Source of the DNA: a virus
Direction: 5' to 3' (one strand)
Length of the DNA stretch: 64,000 nt
Virus record (IMG/VR): IMGVR_UViG_3300048446_000526
Span: 1-64,000 of that record
Positions 33,001 through 41,041 of this stretch are shown one piece after another. The notes beneath the pieces are model-generated. The model was not told where the DNA came from. It ran no database searches and worked only from the letters and a program-made list of their open reading frames with translations. Position 1 is the stretch's first letter. Each line of letters opens with the position of its first letter. Made by a program: the position numbers and the translations under genes.

Positions 33001-34696
33001 ATTTGCGAATATAACTAAACTTTCTGAAGAAGAGAGCAAACTACCTCAAAAAGAACAAGAAAAACTTATACAAGGCAGAAGAGATGCACTCATTGCTAAA
33101 CTTGCTACCCAAAACGGCTTACTGGATGGTCAAGGTCAGCAGGCAATTTACAATAAAATCGCATTGGCATTATCTCCTCTAGCAGGCGACTATTATGAAA
33201 ACATTAAGGGAGTAAATTTTTATACTGATAAGTACACTCCAGAGCAAATTTGGACTGCTAGTAATCAGAACGGTCAGTTTGGTCTTGGTCTAACATCAAT
33301 GATAGGGGCTATGGGTGTAGACAATGCAAAGGAACTATATCCTCAACTTGCTGGTGCTAAAAAAGGTATGGATTTTGCTGAACTCAAAGGAAATTACCAA
33401 AAGAGAATTCAAAACCTGTATAAGGTTCGTGGAGATGATCCTTTTGAAGAACAAGACTTACAAAGACAAAGAAGCAAAGATAAAGCCCAAGCAGATGCTT
33501 ATGCCAAACAAGAACGACAAAGACTCAAGAAGGTTGAAAACTATGCTAGACTTAATCTTGTAGGTCAAACTTTTCCTGAAGACCCTCTTGAGTATGTAGA
33601 CTTTAGACAAAAACAAACAGATGCTTTCTCAAGGTCTGTAGAAGGTTTTGGTCCAACTTATCCTGTGCCTTCTGATCTTATAGCATTCAAAAACGGTGGT
33701 GTGTCTGAAAGATGGGTAAGAAAATTATTCACTCTTAAAGATCAAGCATCTAATTTTGAACTTAGTCAAAAAACAGCAGAAGCACTACTCAGATACAAGG
33801 CTCAGTTCGGTGAAGGCACTGACGCAGAACAATGGCTCTCTAAGGTTTACCAACTTGATGGCAAAATTGATATTGATGATATATATGCAAGTACTCCGGG
33901 TGAAGGTGGTGCAGCAAGTGCAGCCTCAGATTTATCCAATATTCAAACTAAGATAAGTGATGTAGAGAAGGTAGTAGCAAGCATAAAAGGTAAAGCAAAT
34001 TCTAAAAACGCTGTAGCAAGAAGAAAACTAGAAAATTCTATGGTAGACTTGAAGGTTGCTGGGCTGTGGAATCCTGCTCAGGGCGTAGACCAAAACGCAC
34101 AGAGCCTTATGAGTCTGAGTCAGGGACAATTTGCAGCAGACCCACTTTTAGATAAACTCAAAGAATATGGCGATATCAACCTTTCTGATAAATTCCGTAA
34201 TGCTAAGGCTATAGGCCTAGCAACAGGAGGGATGGTTCCAACAAGCGTATTTACTCCTAGAGGCACAGATACCGTACCTGCTATGCTCACACCGGGAGAG
34301 TACGTTGTAAATAAGAAGGCCGCAGCAGAAAATAGACCTTTACTAGAGTCTATTAACGGTAAAAGAAAGTCCAGAAACCCCAGAAGTTCATACTATCAGG
34401 ACGGTGGTAATGTGAGCAATAATGGTGTAAATAATGTTGTCGCAATAGATGTGCAGGAAATCAGCAAGTTTGTTACCTCATTTGACAGATTTAGTAAAGA
34501 ATTAGCCAATTTGAATATTCCTTCGGAAATTACTCTACAAGGAACACACACAGTTGATGTTAATGTAAACGGGGCTCAAGTCTTGAACGACTTACTTAAC
34601 GGCCCGATTGGTGAAATGGTAGCCAGCGAAGTAGAATTGGCGTTCCAAAGACAAAGCAACGAATCAGAAGGGGCAGTACCAAATCCATTTAGTTAA
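24092..34696 (+). CDS. Tape measure protein (TP901-type core) with embedded enzyme-like domains
   Basis: AGGAGA RBS. TP901/PhageMin_Tail-like core (FERALAKVQQVTG...LSQAG...AILRQF...RESAETIGTGLKTI). Ala/Gln-rich coiled coils; four DT[VI]PAMLTPGE[FY]V motifs. Confidence 0.9.
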   Translation: MASFDITAQINLRGPTNVKKIAADIRRQLSTVTTGSVKLNIDPKTNQQVNQLNKSFQQFNNTLKQTNTTAKQAAASLNQLGSAVNTVNTNARATTNALNQVQTANQKVATSTKQVAQNAQAAATGFDKLGKNIGRRITDFLAFRAVSTVIGGLSSAISQAAGNFIDFERALAKVQQVTGGTNASIQVLSNTINNAAVATGSAAKELAEVTVTLSQAGLSADDTATALEALAQTKLAPTFGDIKDTAEGAIAILRQFGLEADQLGDALGSINAVAGQFAVSSSDVIVAVKQAGAVFASSSRGVVDAETALQQFIATFTSVRQTTRESAETIGTGLKTIITRLQRLDTIESLKNFGIELTDLEGKFVGPFEAIKRLNEGLKNLDTRDIRFGAIIEELGGFRQVGKVIPLIQQFAVAQEALKVAQEGQGSISDQAVIAQKTLGFEVAQTAAQFQKLITTIGNSSAIQGTVRVVLELAQALLSVADALSDILPLLLAVGTNAAIASIASVGKGIGKSFGFNQGGVVPKGYASGGYVPGSGNRDTVPAMLTPGEFVIRKKAVQAIGVDKLGAMNQGGASTVTQAKHMGGRIQKFATGGQVAVDYVQSKPDAATEKQLIGNNIINSINNLANFFSPEAKNVSERADPKNVVPNYSGMVGGIFEKAVELVAGVTVPKSKNNQVWDYPAGLGDTELFNYVPSLNRPTDAKNSVNSNAVIDKKLQAHYNNAKGSEKLRTKFGIVVFDEGVDYDYTFDPSYFKERALDKDSVKKARGGLIQNFVDGGEAIPIAKSGRIKKKDLADATTPQLEQLLKNPAVISNPSTTQAINSELAKRGKEAKAEKLGVVGILPINYAKDLAPADYGGTFAKIYARGLPQKYEETVLNISKGLRGVVDEAARGLGEDNPQALSPEQEKATGLENVQGTVFEAVLSALGARGGSVQNQAIDYQNGLGPAARIFPGIGPDWPTEVKRDVTGAGMSRAKGEFARYFKENAQNKSIGGAIQRFATGGRVNDKAGLKIKTTGGSTITSTFEEGQTSSGEVVAQNIGKNLFSVVAAQASGGGGRALYDAAMKQATRQGGSLVSDRSRVSSSALNRIWNTYYGTGKSKTGQRVGRQPVPEDMLYTGAFFKDSDFPSPDPSTWQGKAVSLQYAYQQFADGGAASGGDTVPAMLTPGEYVINKKAAKQIGLPKLNQMNYADRIKGYATGGPVGPVQYFNNGGSPASGSAPASNPWVTAAKINLTAAKLNQKNATTNSKTAATNGQAANTTSNSVNNIPKEMGIGARLAFGLIGPLIEQAIVKIAPNSAIAAGAGEGISQGIVASSTSKELLGGLSGAAKLAAGRFGKFGKLLVTSGKFLEKWTGTITTGIGLFAGFNGFLSGQLNKSIELLALRTTEAGKAAEEAFAGLPGVIAKIGTNAEDYNAILSDGGAKLADMITAAEAQRQKSQQKNQGGYFGAAFRGLGLESEEGREIREAQGRDIDREAFRAAGDLATKQLLAIVSSGDSVEEAFGGNKVALDSFKRAIALTDLAYQKEERRLQDLINKAGAQSAAGQAYTEELRKAREDAFKKRAADVDAAIASQKLKKEIEEQRKALNLATVAIANYTIAYNKGADQAAFAFKKLAKSADRMAEGLSGTDPSQLFADNINVIQNPELFNQTDNTLALEPLKNILGGNRDAIQAFTTLPAEIAGALQRAVNQNPENNAQGAAIIQGEIDQVLADKFGSNSLFARTLSNSIKGLIAEAQGNQDGEFNAAALIKGTTEIIEKFGEDVKKGLVKSLETIQEAFGKLAQSSARLFQAQNNYANAVRNSVTSQLKLNQEIKEALSEVRQPRSISSINDTSGVSQQQVSNAGDYFQQLAIIQQEQTRLNVEQVRLTQEGIDKDGENATEIATAIGANEAALANLNANTKNLQAALQDKLGQLQSELGSRLADLKAEQAAAESIFESLLKDEGDTNQGISRALQVASGQGVGNLTGDEAIRVLKDIKQLQAAGIIENNKETRENVVGVLGESRGLGNFTGLGQEIIDKIINAPGEDDQVKAYVAEIQRTNIAINQLTSALAFTEFSNASKALNISQDALRVSITTLNDTIKSEIGKIKANGGQDVEGITNEPETKAKGGLIYRSSGGGTQKGVNWQPRGTDTIPAMLTPGEFVVNAKATSQNRGLLESINRSSGGPVSPARKSTGGILYRNAGGGTDSSSTESVGSILDGLNAKQILNLLKEADFMKEGGALNSIRDWTSNTASAVKSAITKRASGVYGGFKNFGKIKIPTWMDDAVKNGLLSEDVVAGLADKPYAVTKFLRGKIDSLTAGPVAQRIGQFTGGAYKFASNKLGLLAQSKWIKNILGPAKSVLKYIPKLGSFLGNSPASSLASKGLAWAGLVEHMISGAYAGVNRSQDLQDSGVSPLSFQGIMSPLAEFLAGGTADGALPPNATKEQKAAWMEGTKNGKIPRYNSASFQAWGTASLSNLLRMVGGMGTGFTLAAQYAPAAMPYSGMIGAAVGGGIVVAGQTFRTLEEIAGLWGDQPDLAQTRRQEQQNEDSKQSFVGDTKDQLPVLGDLQYNRAVFAGQKRGKLKKYENDKARWKEVEKQGAAVKVNDVDAWAYVKSKYEAGLQSHKFDVEDGKFLRNLIPVKQQGYLWDQYSDEDIQKAYTAVMLASEEKWKDLPLITSLNPNKNINLTYGDNIKNLRAVAESTQTRLFGDGEDRPADENYFEGDDKLRSIMAQKGELYNANASWLETYVGSETNQDKSEMDFLDYESSNFTKISEYNKAIKARRAELIQEEKDRRIAEAETKKAAEDKQNEEVRKFGGLQQNLQSLTSAENPDFEFMPQAPFIKPKSRLILQRQKDSLAMRQKLAETPVFYPDENDNLVQGPPMGEYLDWKTGAFTDKPELIKTKSEYDFWSGIGNAIVEYRKNYRVGGDLYDVLPTVHPSQAILKDIAGGTQSEQIAFRNFMNPKATDAKTSTAGAFQELFTDYPTEFANITKLSEEESKLPQKEQEKLIQGRRDALIAKLATQNGLLDGQGQQAIYNKIALALSPLAGDYYENIKGVNFYTDKYTPEQIWTASNQNGQFGLGLTSMIGAMGVDNAKELYPQLAGAKKGMDFAELKGNYQKRIQNLYKVRGDDPFEEQDLQRQRSKDKAQADAYAKQERQRLKKVENYARLNLVGQTFPEDPLEYVDFRQKQTDAFSRSVEGFGPTYPVPSDLIAFKNGGVSERWVRKLFTLKDQASNFELSQKTAEALLRYKAQFGEGTDAEQWLSKVYQLDGKIDIDDIYASTPGEGGAASAASDLSNIQTKISDVEKVVASIKGKANSKNAVARRKLENSMVDLKVAGLWNPAQGVDQNAQSLMSLSQGQFAADPLLDKLKEYGDINLSDKFRNAKAIGLATGGMVPTSVFTPRGTDTVPAMLTPGEYVVNKKAAAENRPLLESINGKRKSRNPRSSYYQDGGNVSNNGVNNVVAIDVQEISKFVTSFDRFSKELANLNIPSEITLQGTHTVDVNVNGAQVLNDLLNGPIGEMVASEVELAFQRQSNESEGAVPNPFS
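25706..25744 (+). repeat. TMP motif copy 1, DTVPAMLTPGEFV
   Basis: Read directly from the translation. Confidence 0.9.
27563..27601 (+). repeat. TMP motif copy 2, DTVPAMLTPGEYV
   Basis: Read directly from the translation. Confidence 0.9.
30485..30523 (+). repeat. TMP motif copy 3, DTIPAMLTPGEFV
   Basis: Read directly; extends as PRGTDT...VVNAKATSQNRGLLESIN. Confidence 0.9.
34268..34306 (+). repeat. TMP motif copy 4, DTVPAMLTPGEYV
   Basis: Read directly; extends as PRGTDT...VVNKKAAAENRPLLESIN, closest to copy 3. Confidence 0.9.
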
Positions 34697-34713
34697 ACAC
34701 AGGAGCCTTAGAC

Positions 34714-37700
34714 ATGGCAGACGAATTTACAACAGGTAATTTATTTTTAGGTTCTGGTACTAATGTATCAGAAACAGAATTTGATATAAGGCTTTCTACT
34801 GATGAAGGTCTTTCTACTTTATTTAATGCTAGTGGAGTAGATACTGATTTCCGTGTAAATGCTTCAGGGAAGGTGGGTCTGCACGTAGACGCAGACACAG
34901 GGCGTGTTGGTATAGGCACCGGCAACAATATAGGAGCAGCATTGCATGTAGTTAGCACTTGTGCGAGTGATGGGCTTAGAGTAGAGACCAGAACAGACTG
35001 TCCTACTGGAGTAGAGATTGAATTTATTCACAAACCCCAGACACCTCCAGTAAATGGTTCACTTCCTGTACAAATTAATCTTGCTGGCAGAAATCAAAAC
35101 AGTTCTGACGTAAATTATGCTAGGATTAAAAGTAGAGCACTCTCTACTGCTACAAGTCAGGAAACAGGCGAATTAGTTTTCACTGTGATTAAAGACGGTG
35201 TTGATGTAGATGCACTTGTAATCAATCCATTGACAACTTCTATCGGATCAGAAAACTCACAATCAGGAGATAATTACCTATTCATTGGTAGCAATAACTT
35301 AGTTTCTGGTAATAGTTTTATTATCTTTGGTTCTAATAATACAGGCTTAATAAACAACGGTATACTTTTAGGTGCCGATAACCACATTCATGGAGACAGA
35401 CTGCTAATTGTTGCAGATAACTCTGTTGTTTCTGGAGACCAGAATATTGTATTTGCTTTAGATAGTGAAATTTATGGTGACTCTAACCTTGTTATTGCAG
35501 AAAATGTATTCACTGACGGCGATCAAAACATTGTCTTTGGACACAATACAAATAGCACTGGTGATTTTAATATCTTGCTTTTAAATGACTCAGATAATAT
35601 AGGCAGTAGCGGAGTAGGTTTTGGTAACCAATCTTTAAATGTTGGTAACAACAATGTCTTTGTCGGTAACTTTAATACTGTGGATGGTGATAATGACCTT
35701 ATTATTGGTTCAGAAGTAGAGGTTACTGGTGACAACAATATTCTTTACGGTTCTGAATCTAGTGTCAGTGGTAGCAACATTATTTCTATAGGTGCTGGAA
35801 ACGATGTACTTAATATCGCAAGCGGTGTGTTTATAGGTTCAGATATTGACTTGAGAAACAGCGAAAAGTCAGTTGTAATCGGTTTGGCGAATGCAACAAC
35901 TGGTAGTTTAACATCTAGTGTTATACTGGGCTTAGAAAATGATACTACCAACGGTAGACCAACAGGGGTAATTATTATTGGACAACAGAATACTGTTTCC
36001 ACTATAGCCAACACAACAATAATCGGTAATCAAAATGAAGCCAGTGGTTTGGTCCTGAACAACTTAATATATGGGACTCTTAACTCTGCACCAACAGATA
36101 GTCGTAATAATGTAGTTGTAGGTGTTATGAATAATACCACAGGCAACATATTGTCCGCTGGTACTTTACAGCCTAGCGGTCGTAAAGATGGTACTATGGC
36201 AAATACTGTAGTATACGGTATTAACAACATAGTTTCTGATGTTAGCGGAAGTAATGTTCTAGGTAGCAAAACTTATGCAGAGGGTCAAAGCATCAATGTT
36301 TTGGGTTCTCTTAATCAACTCAAAGGCTCTAATGATACTCAGATATTAGGACATTCTAATTTTAGTGTGGGCAACCACAATACTATTATTGGTAGCCATA
36401 ATGATATTATGGGTTCTCATTCTATACTACATGCCGCATCTGATGATCGTAACCAATTATTTGGTAGCGGTAACATATCTATTGGTAATAGTGAGGCCGT
36501 AGTTAGCGGTATGACTATTGGTTTTCAAAACGCAATGAATGCACCTTTCGGTATTGTTTATGGTAGCGGAAACCAAATAGGTCTGAGAAGACATTTGTTT
36601 ACCGTAGACAACAACGGCAGTACTACACTGAGAGTTAATGGAGATCAAACAAACGTATATGAACCTAGTATGGTAATCTTGCTTGCTATGGTCAATCCTA
36701 CTTCATCAGGTGATAATACCAATATTAAATCTATTCAAACAGTAACCTATAACAACGGAGGAGGCGTAAATGACTATACTGATATAGTTATAGATTCAGC
36801 ACCTTTGTTGCCTTCTACTACAGTCAACTATCAAGTCAACGAATTTTTTGATGAAGAAACCTATCAATTAGGTGATAACAGTGTTATTAGTGGATGGATC
36901 ATGCCTTATCAGTCAGGACAAAACACTGAGATAGACACCATTAATTTTCCAAGATATGGTTACTCATCAATTATACTAGGTAACAATAACAAATCCCTAC
37001 ATGCCAGCGGTTTGATATTTGGTCAAGAAAATAACGTGTCTGGTAGCAGGCACGTTGTAATTGGGAATAATATTTCTGGTTTTTATAATAACGCAGTACA
37101 AATTGGTACTAACAACACTAACAAAATGTATCTAGATGATGATTCAGTAATTTTTAATACTGGTGCTAGTCAAAATGACATTATTTTTAATAGCAGCACA
37201 GAAGGTGTTACGGCTTACTTTGATCTTGACGAAAACAGAGTAGGGATCAACAACGCTGACCCACAAACTACGCTTGATGTTTCTGGCGTGATTACTGCGG
37301 GTGGTATTAAATTACTTGGAGATTTTTCAGAAAATAGTGGCTGGATACCAATTAATACAGGAGACGGCACTGTACAGTGGCAGAGACCAACTACTCTATC
37401 AGGCATAAACAGCGGTATATGCATGAAGGTTAGTGACTATGTTTCTAGCGGATTAGAAACATTTAACTACAACACATCTAGTCAGACTATATTCTTTGAT
37501 CGTAGCAATATCCGTAGAGATGATAGATATGTTTACGATAAAGATGCCGGAGATTCATTAGAAACCGCTATAATGATCGACACAACCGGGATGTTTTTGA
37601 ATATTGATCCTAATGGAAGAGACAATGGATACAACTTTACTGTTTATGGATCGGGAAGCAATGCTCCTTTAAACAACAGAGATGGTACTGATAACGTATA

Positions 37701-39324
37701 TTTAATTAAAACAGATGTGCCTAGAGCAGAAGTACAGTTTACAAATTTGACAGGACTTAGTGGTGCATTTAATGAGTTTATAATTAATGACGCACTTAAA
37801 GTTCCTCCTAATCTTACAGGAACATTCTTGTACTGTGATTCTAATAATGATAATTTGTTACGGTCAAAAGTCACACCTAATTTCAGTATTTTGTTCACTA
37901 GAAACGACAGTTGGCAAACAGGAGAGGCGAGTTTAAGATATTTTTATAATGATCAAGTATTTACTATTGGTGGAGACGGTGAGACCAATGCAGCATTGGA
38001 TGTAGGTTATGAATCGAATGAACCTAATAGTAATATCGTTTTAGCCCATACTCAAGACCAAAGAACAATATTTAATAATCGTAGTTATGGCACAGAGTTT
38101 GTCATTAAAGAATCTGGTGCTTCTAATGGTAATTTCAACGGTTTTCACTACAATACAGAAAGTGGCGTATTAGGCCTTAATGTTAATGATGCAACAGATG
38201 TCGTTAAAGAAGGAACTGCTAATAGTCCTACTCCTTGGTATGACAGAACTAGCAGTCAAGAAACTATGGTAATGTATGCCAATGGTAAGATTCGTGTAGA
38301 AGGTCTGCAAATGGGTGCTGGTGGTGGAACTTTTAATGCGTCTATAAAAGACCAGTTTCTTACAGTGGTTGACGACTACGGCAATATCGGTTTTGCTACT
38401 CCTTCAGTAGATCAAAGTTTTGATGTTAGATTTCCTTTGGCTATTAATGGTCAGACATCTCAAGACGTTACCATGTATGAAATATCTGAAGATGATGAAG
38501 ATGGAAACAGCCTAACAACAAATCAAAGAGGCATGGCTTTAATATGGGAAGGTACTCGTTGGGTTCAAGGTGCTAGCAACGTAGGCTATTGCACCAGACT
38601 TGGTATTCCAAGTGCCTCCACTCCAGACAATTATTATACTTCAGAAGGTAGTAGTTTTGGACCTTATGCAACACTTCCTTCAGGTCAGCAGAACTCATTT
38701 GTGATTGCTGGTCAACCAATCGTTGAAGAAACAGCCCGTAGAGCAAATCCGGGTCATTCAAGAAGTATGCAACAAGAAACCACTATACTAAAAGCCATAA
38801 CAACAGGAACTAATACTGAAGAATTAACTACAAGTTTCACAAAGGGCAGCACTGGCAACGGTGCTACTGGCACTAATACGATTTCTCTTATTGTAAACCC
38901 AGAAATTCCCAACGATATATATCAGCAAGTTGTATGGAAAGTTGAAATTGACTATGTTGTAATGACACAACAAGACGGTGGAAGCGACAGTAACCTTACC
39001 AATCTTGCTGCAACCGTTGGCAAGTACACGGCTGGCTTAAAAATATTTAGTGATGCTCAAGGTCAACGTCAAGCAGGTGCTCTCTTTGGAGGTGTGTTTG
39101 ATAGTGTTCATGATGGAGGAGGACCGGGGAACATATTTGGAGGGCTTGATGCACAAAATGGCCCGATTACTGTTTCAATAGATTCTACTAGTACTCCGTA
39201 TCGTTTATCGCTCAAGACTGTTGGACCGGGAGGTGGTTACACCTCTATTTATGAAGCAGTAGTTAAACTTACACAAATGCAAGTGCCTTGGAAGATGCCT
39301 TTCACAGGGTCCGATCCAAACTAG
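34714..39324 (+). CDS. Tail fibre/spike with YadA-head-like beta-roll repeats
   Basis: Many ~14-aa N-x-[IV]-[IVF]-G-x-x-N repeats (~35235-36590 and ~36955-37120); fibre motifs GRVGIGT and RVGINNADPQTTLDVSG; AGGAG RBS. Confidence 0.7.
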   Translation: MADEFTTGNLFLGSGTNVSETEFDIRLSTDEGLSTLFNASGVDTDFRVNASGKVGLHVDADTGRVGIGTGNNIGAALHVVSTCASDGLRVETRTDCPTGVEIEFIHKPQTPPVNGSLPVQINLAGRNQNSSDVNYARIKSRALSTATSQETGELVFTVIKDGVDVDALVINPLTTSIGSENSQSGDNYLFIGSNNLVSGNSFIIFGSNNTGLINNGILLGADNHIHGDRLLIVADNSVVSGDQNIVFALDSEIYGDSNLVIAENVFTDGDQNIVFGHNTNSTGDFNILLLNDSDNIGSSGVGFGNQSLNVGNNNVFVGNFNTVDGDNDLIIGSEVEVTGDNNILYGSESSVSGSNIISIGAGNDVLNIASGVFIGSDIDLRNSEKSVVIGLANATTGSLTSSVILGLENDTTNGRPTGVIIIGQQNTVSTIANTTIIGNQNEASGLVLNNLIYGTLNSAPTDSRNNVVVGVMNNTTGNILSAGTLQPSGRKDGTMANTVVYGINNIVSDVSGSNVLGSKTYAEGQSINVLGSLNQLKGSNDTQILGHSNFSVGNHNTIIGSHNDIMGSHSILHAASDDRNQLFGSGNISIGNSEAVVSGMTIGFQNAMNAPFGIVYGSGNQIGLRRHLFTVDNNGSTTLRVNGDQTNVYEPSMVILLAMVNPTSSGDNTNIKSIQTVTYNNGGGVNDYTDIVIDSAPLLPSTTVNYQVNEFFDEETYQLGDNSVISGWIMPYQSGQNTEIDTINFPRYGYSSIILGNNNKSLHASGLIFGQENNVSGSRHVVIGNNISGFYNNAVQIGTNNTNKMYLDDDSVIFNTGASQNDIIFNSSTEGVTAYFDLDENRVGINNADPQTTLDVSGVITAGGIKLLGDFSENSGWIPINTGDGTVQWQRPTTLSGINSGICMKVSDYVSSGLETFNYNTSSQTIFFDRSNIRRDDRYVYDKDAGDSLETAIMIDTTGMFLNIDPNGRDNGYNFTVYGSGSNAPLNNRDGTDNVYLIKTDVPRAEVQFTNLTGLSGAFNEFIINDALKVPPNLTGTFLYCDSNNDNLLRSKVTPNFSILFTRNDSWQTGEASLRYFYNDQVFTIGGDGETNAALDVGYESNEPNSNIVLAHTQDQRTIFNNRSYGTEFVIKESGASNGNFNGFHYNTESGVLGLNVNDATDVVKEGTANSPTPWYDRTSSQETMVMYANGKIRVEGLQMGAGGGTFNASIKDQFLTVVDDYGNIGFATPSVDQSFDVRFPLAINGQTSQDVTMYEISEDDEDGNSLTTNQRGMALIWEGTRWVQGASNVGYCTRLGIPSASTPDNYYTSEGSSFGPYATLPSGQQNSFVIAGQPIVEETARRANPGHSRSMQQETTILKAITTGTNTEELTTSFTKGSTGNGATGTNTISLIVNPEIPNDIYQQVVWKVEIDYVVMTQQDGGSDSNLTNLAATVGKYTAGLKIFSDAQGQRQAGALFGGVFDSVHDGGGPGNIFGGLDAQNGPITVSIDSTSTPYRLSLKTVGPGGGYTSIYEAVVKLTQMQVPWKMPFTGSDPN

Positions 39325-39345
39325 GAAATATTATAGGAGATATAG

Positions 39346-41025
39346 ATGCCACCAAACAGAAATGGCCCTAATATACAATATGGAAATTTTTGGTTTGATC
39401 CGATCAGTGGATTTCCAGTTCCACAGGTAAGTATCAGTCAAAATGTAAACAGAAGCAGTGCCGGTGTGGTGATTGGCTACGAGTCATCAGTTACACTAGA
39501 AGGTATTATTTATGGATTTACAGGCTATAACAATGACTGTCAAAGTCCTAGTCAGTTAGATCAAGATACCGGCTTTGCATTTCTTATGGAGCAGGTTGAA
39601 ACTCTTAGCAAAGTTTTTTCAAGCGATTTTAAAGCACTAGAGATTACTTGTTCGACAGATGAAGGAGACCAAGTATTACTAAGTGCTGATGGTACGGGCA
39701 ATGTAACAAAAGTAAATAGTATAAACTTTAATCAGTCTCAAGACTTATGGGCGATTACTGTGCCTTACAGTATTGAAATAGGTGTAATTACGAGTTCTGG
39801 TATTGCTGGTGGTGGAGAAGGCTATCCTAGCGGTGGCAACAGGCCGTATTTTATTAGCAATTACACAGATAATATACAGATCAATGTAGACACAAGTAAG
39901 AGTTACTATCTTGCAGACGGCAACAATCCGATTAAACAACCATTTCCTAATCCTTTTGATTCGAGTACATCATTCGATGGTGGAAGCAGAATGGTTCCAT
40001 TTGAATCATCTACCGGATACCCTGTCTACACTGTAACAAGAACCATTGGTGCTGTAGGCATAGCGACTTCAGGACTTAATCAAGTAGAGAATGCAAAAGA
40101 TTGGGTAGCCAATCAGTTACTCGTTTATCCCATTGGAACATTAACACAAGACCTAGACCTGTATAATAGAGAAAGAAATATTTCTTCTGATGAAGCAGGA
40201 GGCTCTTATCAGGTTACTGAAACTTATTTAGCAACTAGAGCAGGCACACAAAACGGTTACTTAGAAACTTTTGAAGTTAGTCAAGATATTAGCACTAACG
40301 GAAATAGAACGGTCACAATAGCAGGACAGATACAAGGATTAGAGTGTGGCAATATAGGGATTGAACCTCCAGTAGGTACTTATACTGGTGTTGTTTTTCC
40401 GACACACACGGGAACTTCTCCTGATTGCACAAAATACGATAATGCTCTTAGTGGCTACCTGATTGAGCAGAGCAACTTTTTTCAGCGTTGCATTAATACA
40501 ATGCCTTACTATCAGCCTGTAGAGGACACATCGAAGTTTTTTACAAGTCCTAATTTTTTAAATCCTAATCCTACTAATAAAAGAGACGGTTTTAATCCAG
40601 CAAATGGTACAGTCAGTTACACTTGGTCCTATGATAATAGACCCGGATCGCTTATTGATGGTGCTCAAGGCGAAAGATTAGATATTAACGATAATTATGC
40701 GGTACGTTCTGTTGCAAATGTGTATGTAATAGGTAGGAGATTAGGACCAGTAACACAGGATTTGGGTACTTATACAAAGCCTACTAGAAGAGTAACTTAT
40801 TCAGCAAGGTTTCCTAGACCGAGTGGATTTGAAGGCTATAATTTTGATGTATTGGTAACAAATGATATTGTGAACCTTGTGGCTTTATATGATCCTGCAA
40901 GAGTTAACCCCACTCCAACTAGTGGGCCAGTAGTCAGTAATATAAGATCGGACAATTATTCATTCAACCCTATTGATGCAAGCGTAAGTTATACGGTGGA
41001 ATGGGAATATACAAAATGTAATTAA
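39346..41025 (+). CDS. Putative distal tail/baseplate protein
   Basis: AGGAG RBS; beta-rich (SVTLEG, RTVTIAGQIQGL, GTVSYTWSYDNRP); position downstream of TMP. Confidence 0.4.
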   Translation: MPPNRNGPNIQYGNFWFDPISGFPVPQVSISQNVNRSSAGVVIGYESSVTLEGIIYGFTGYNNDCQSPSQLDQDTGFAFLMEQVETLSKVFSSDFKALEITCSTDEGDQVLLSADGTGNVTKVNSINFNQSQDLWAITVPYSIEIGVITSSGIAGGGEGYPSGGNRPYFISNYTDNIQINVDTSKSYYLADGNNPIKQPFPNPFDSSTSFDGGSRMVPFESSTGYPVYTVTRTIGAVGIATSGLNQVENAKDWVANQLLVYPIGTLTQDLDLYNRERNISSDEAGGSYQVTETYLATRAGTQNGYLETFEVSQDISTNGNRTVTIAGQIQGLECGNIGIEPPVGTYTGVVFPTHTGTSPDCTKYDNALSGYLIEQSNFFQRCINTMPYYQPVEDTSKFFTSPNFLNPNPTNKRDGFNPANGTVSYTWSYDNRPGSLIDGAQGERLDINDNYAVRSVANVYVIGRRLGPVTQDLGTYTKPTRRVTYSARFPRPSGFEGYNFDVLVTNDIVNLVALYDPARVNPTPTSGPVVSNIRSDNYSFNPIDASVSYTVEWEYTKCN

Positions 41026-41041
41026 GGAAAGGAATTAAAGG

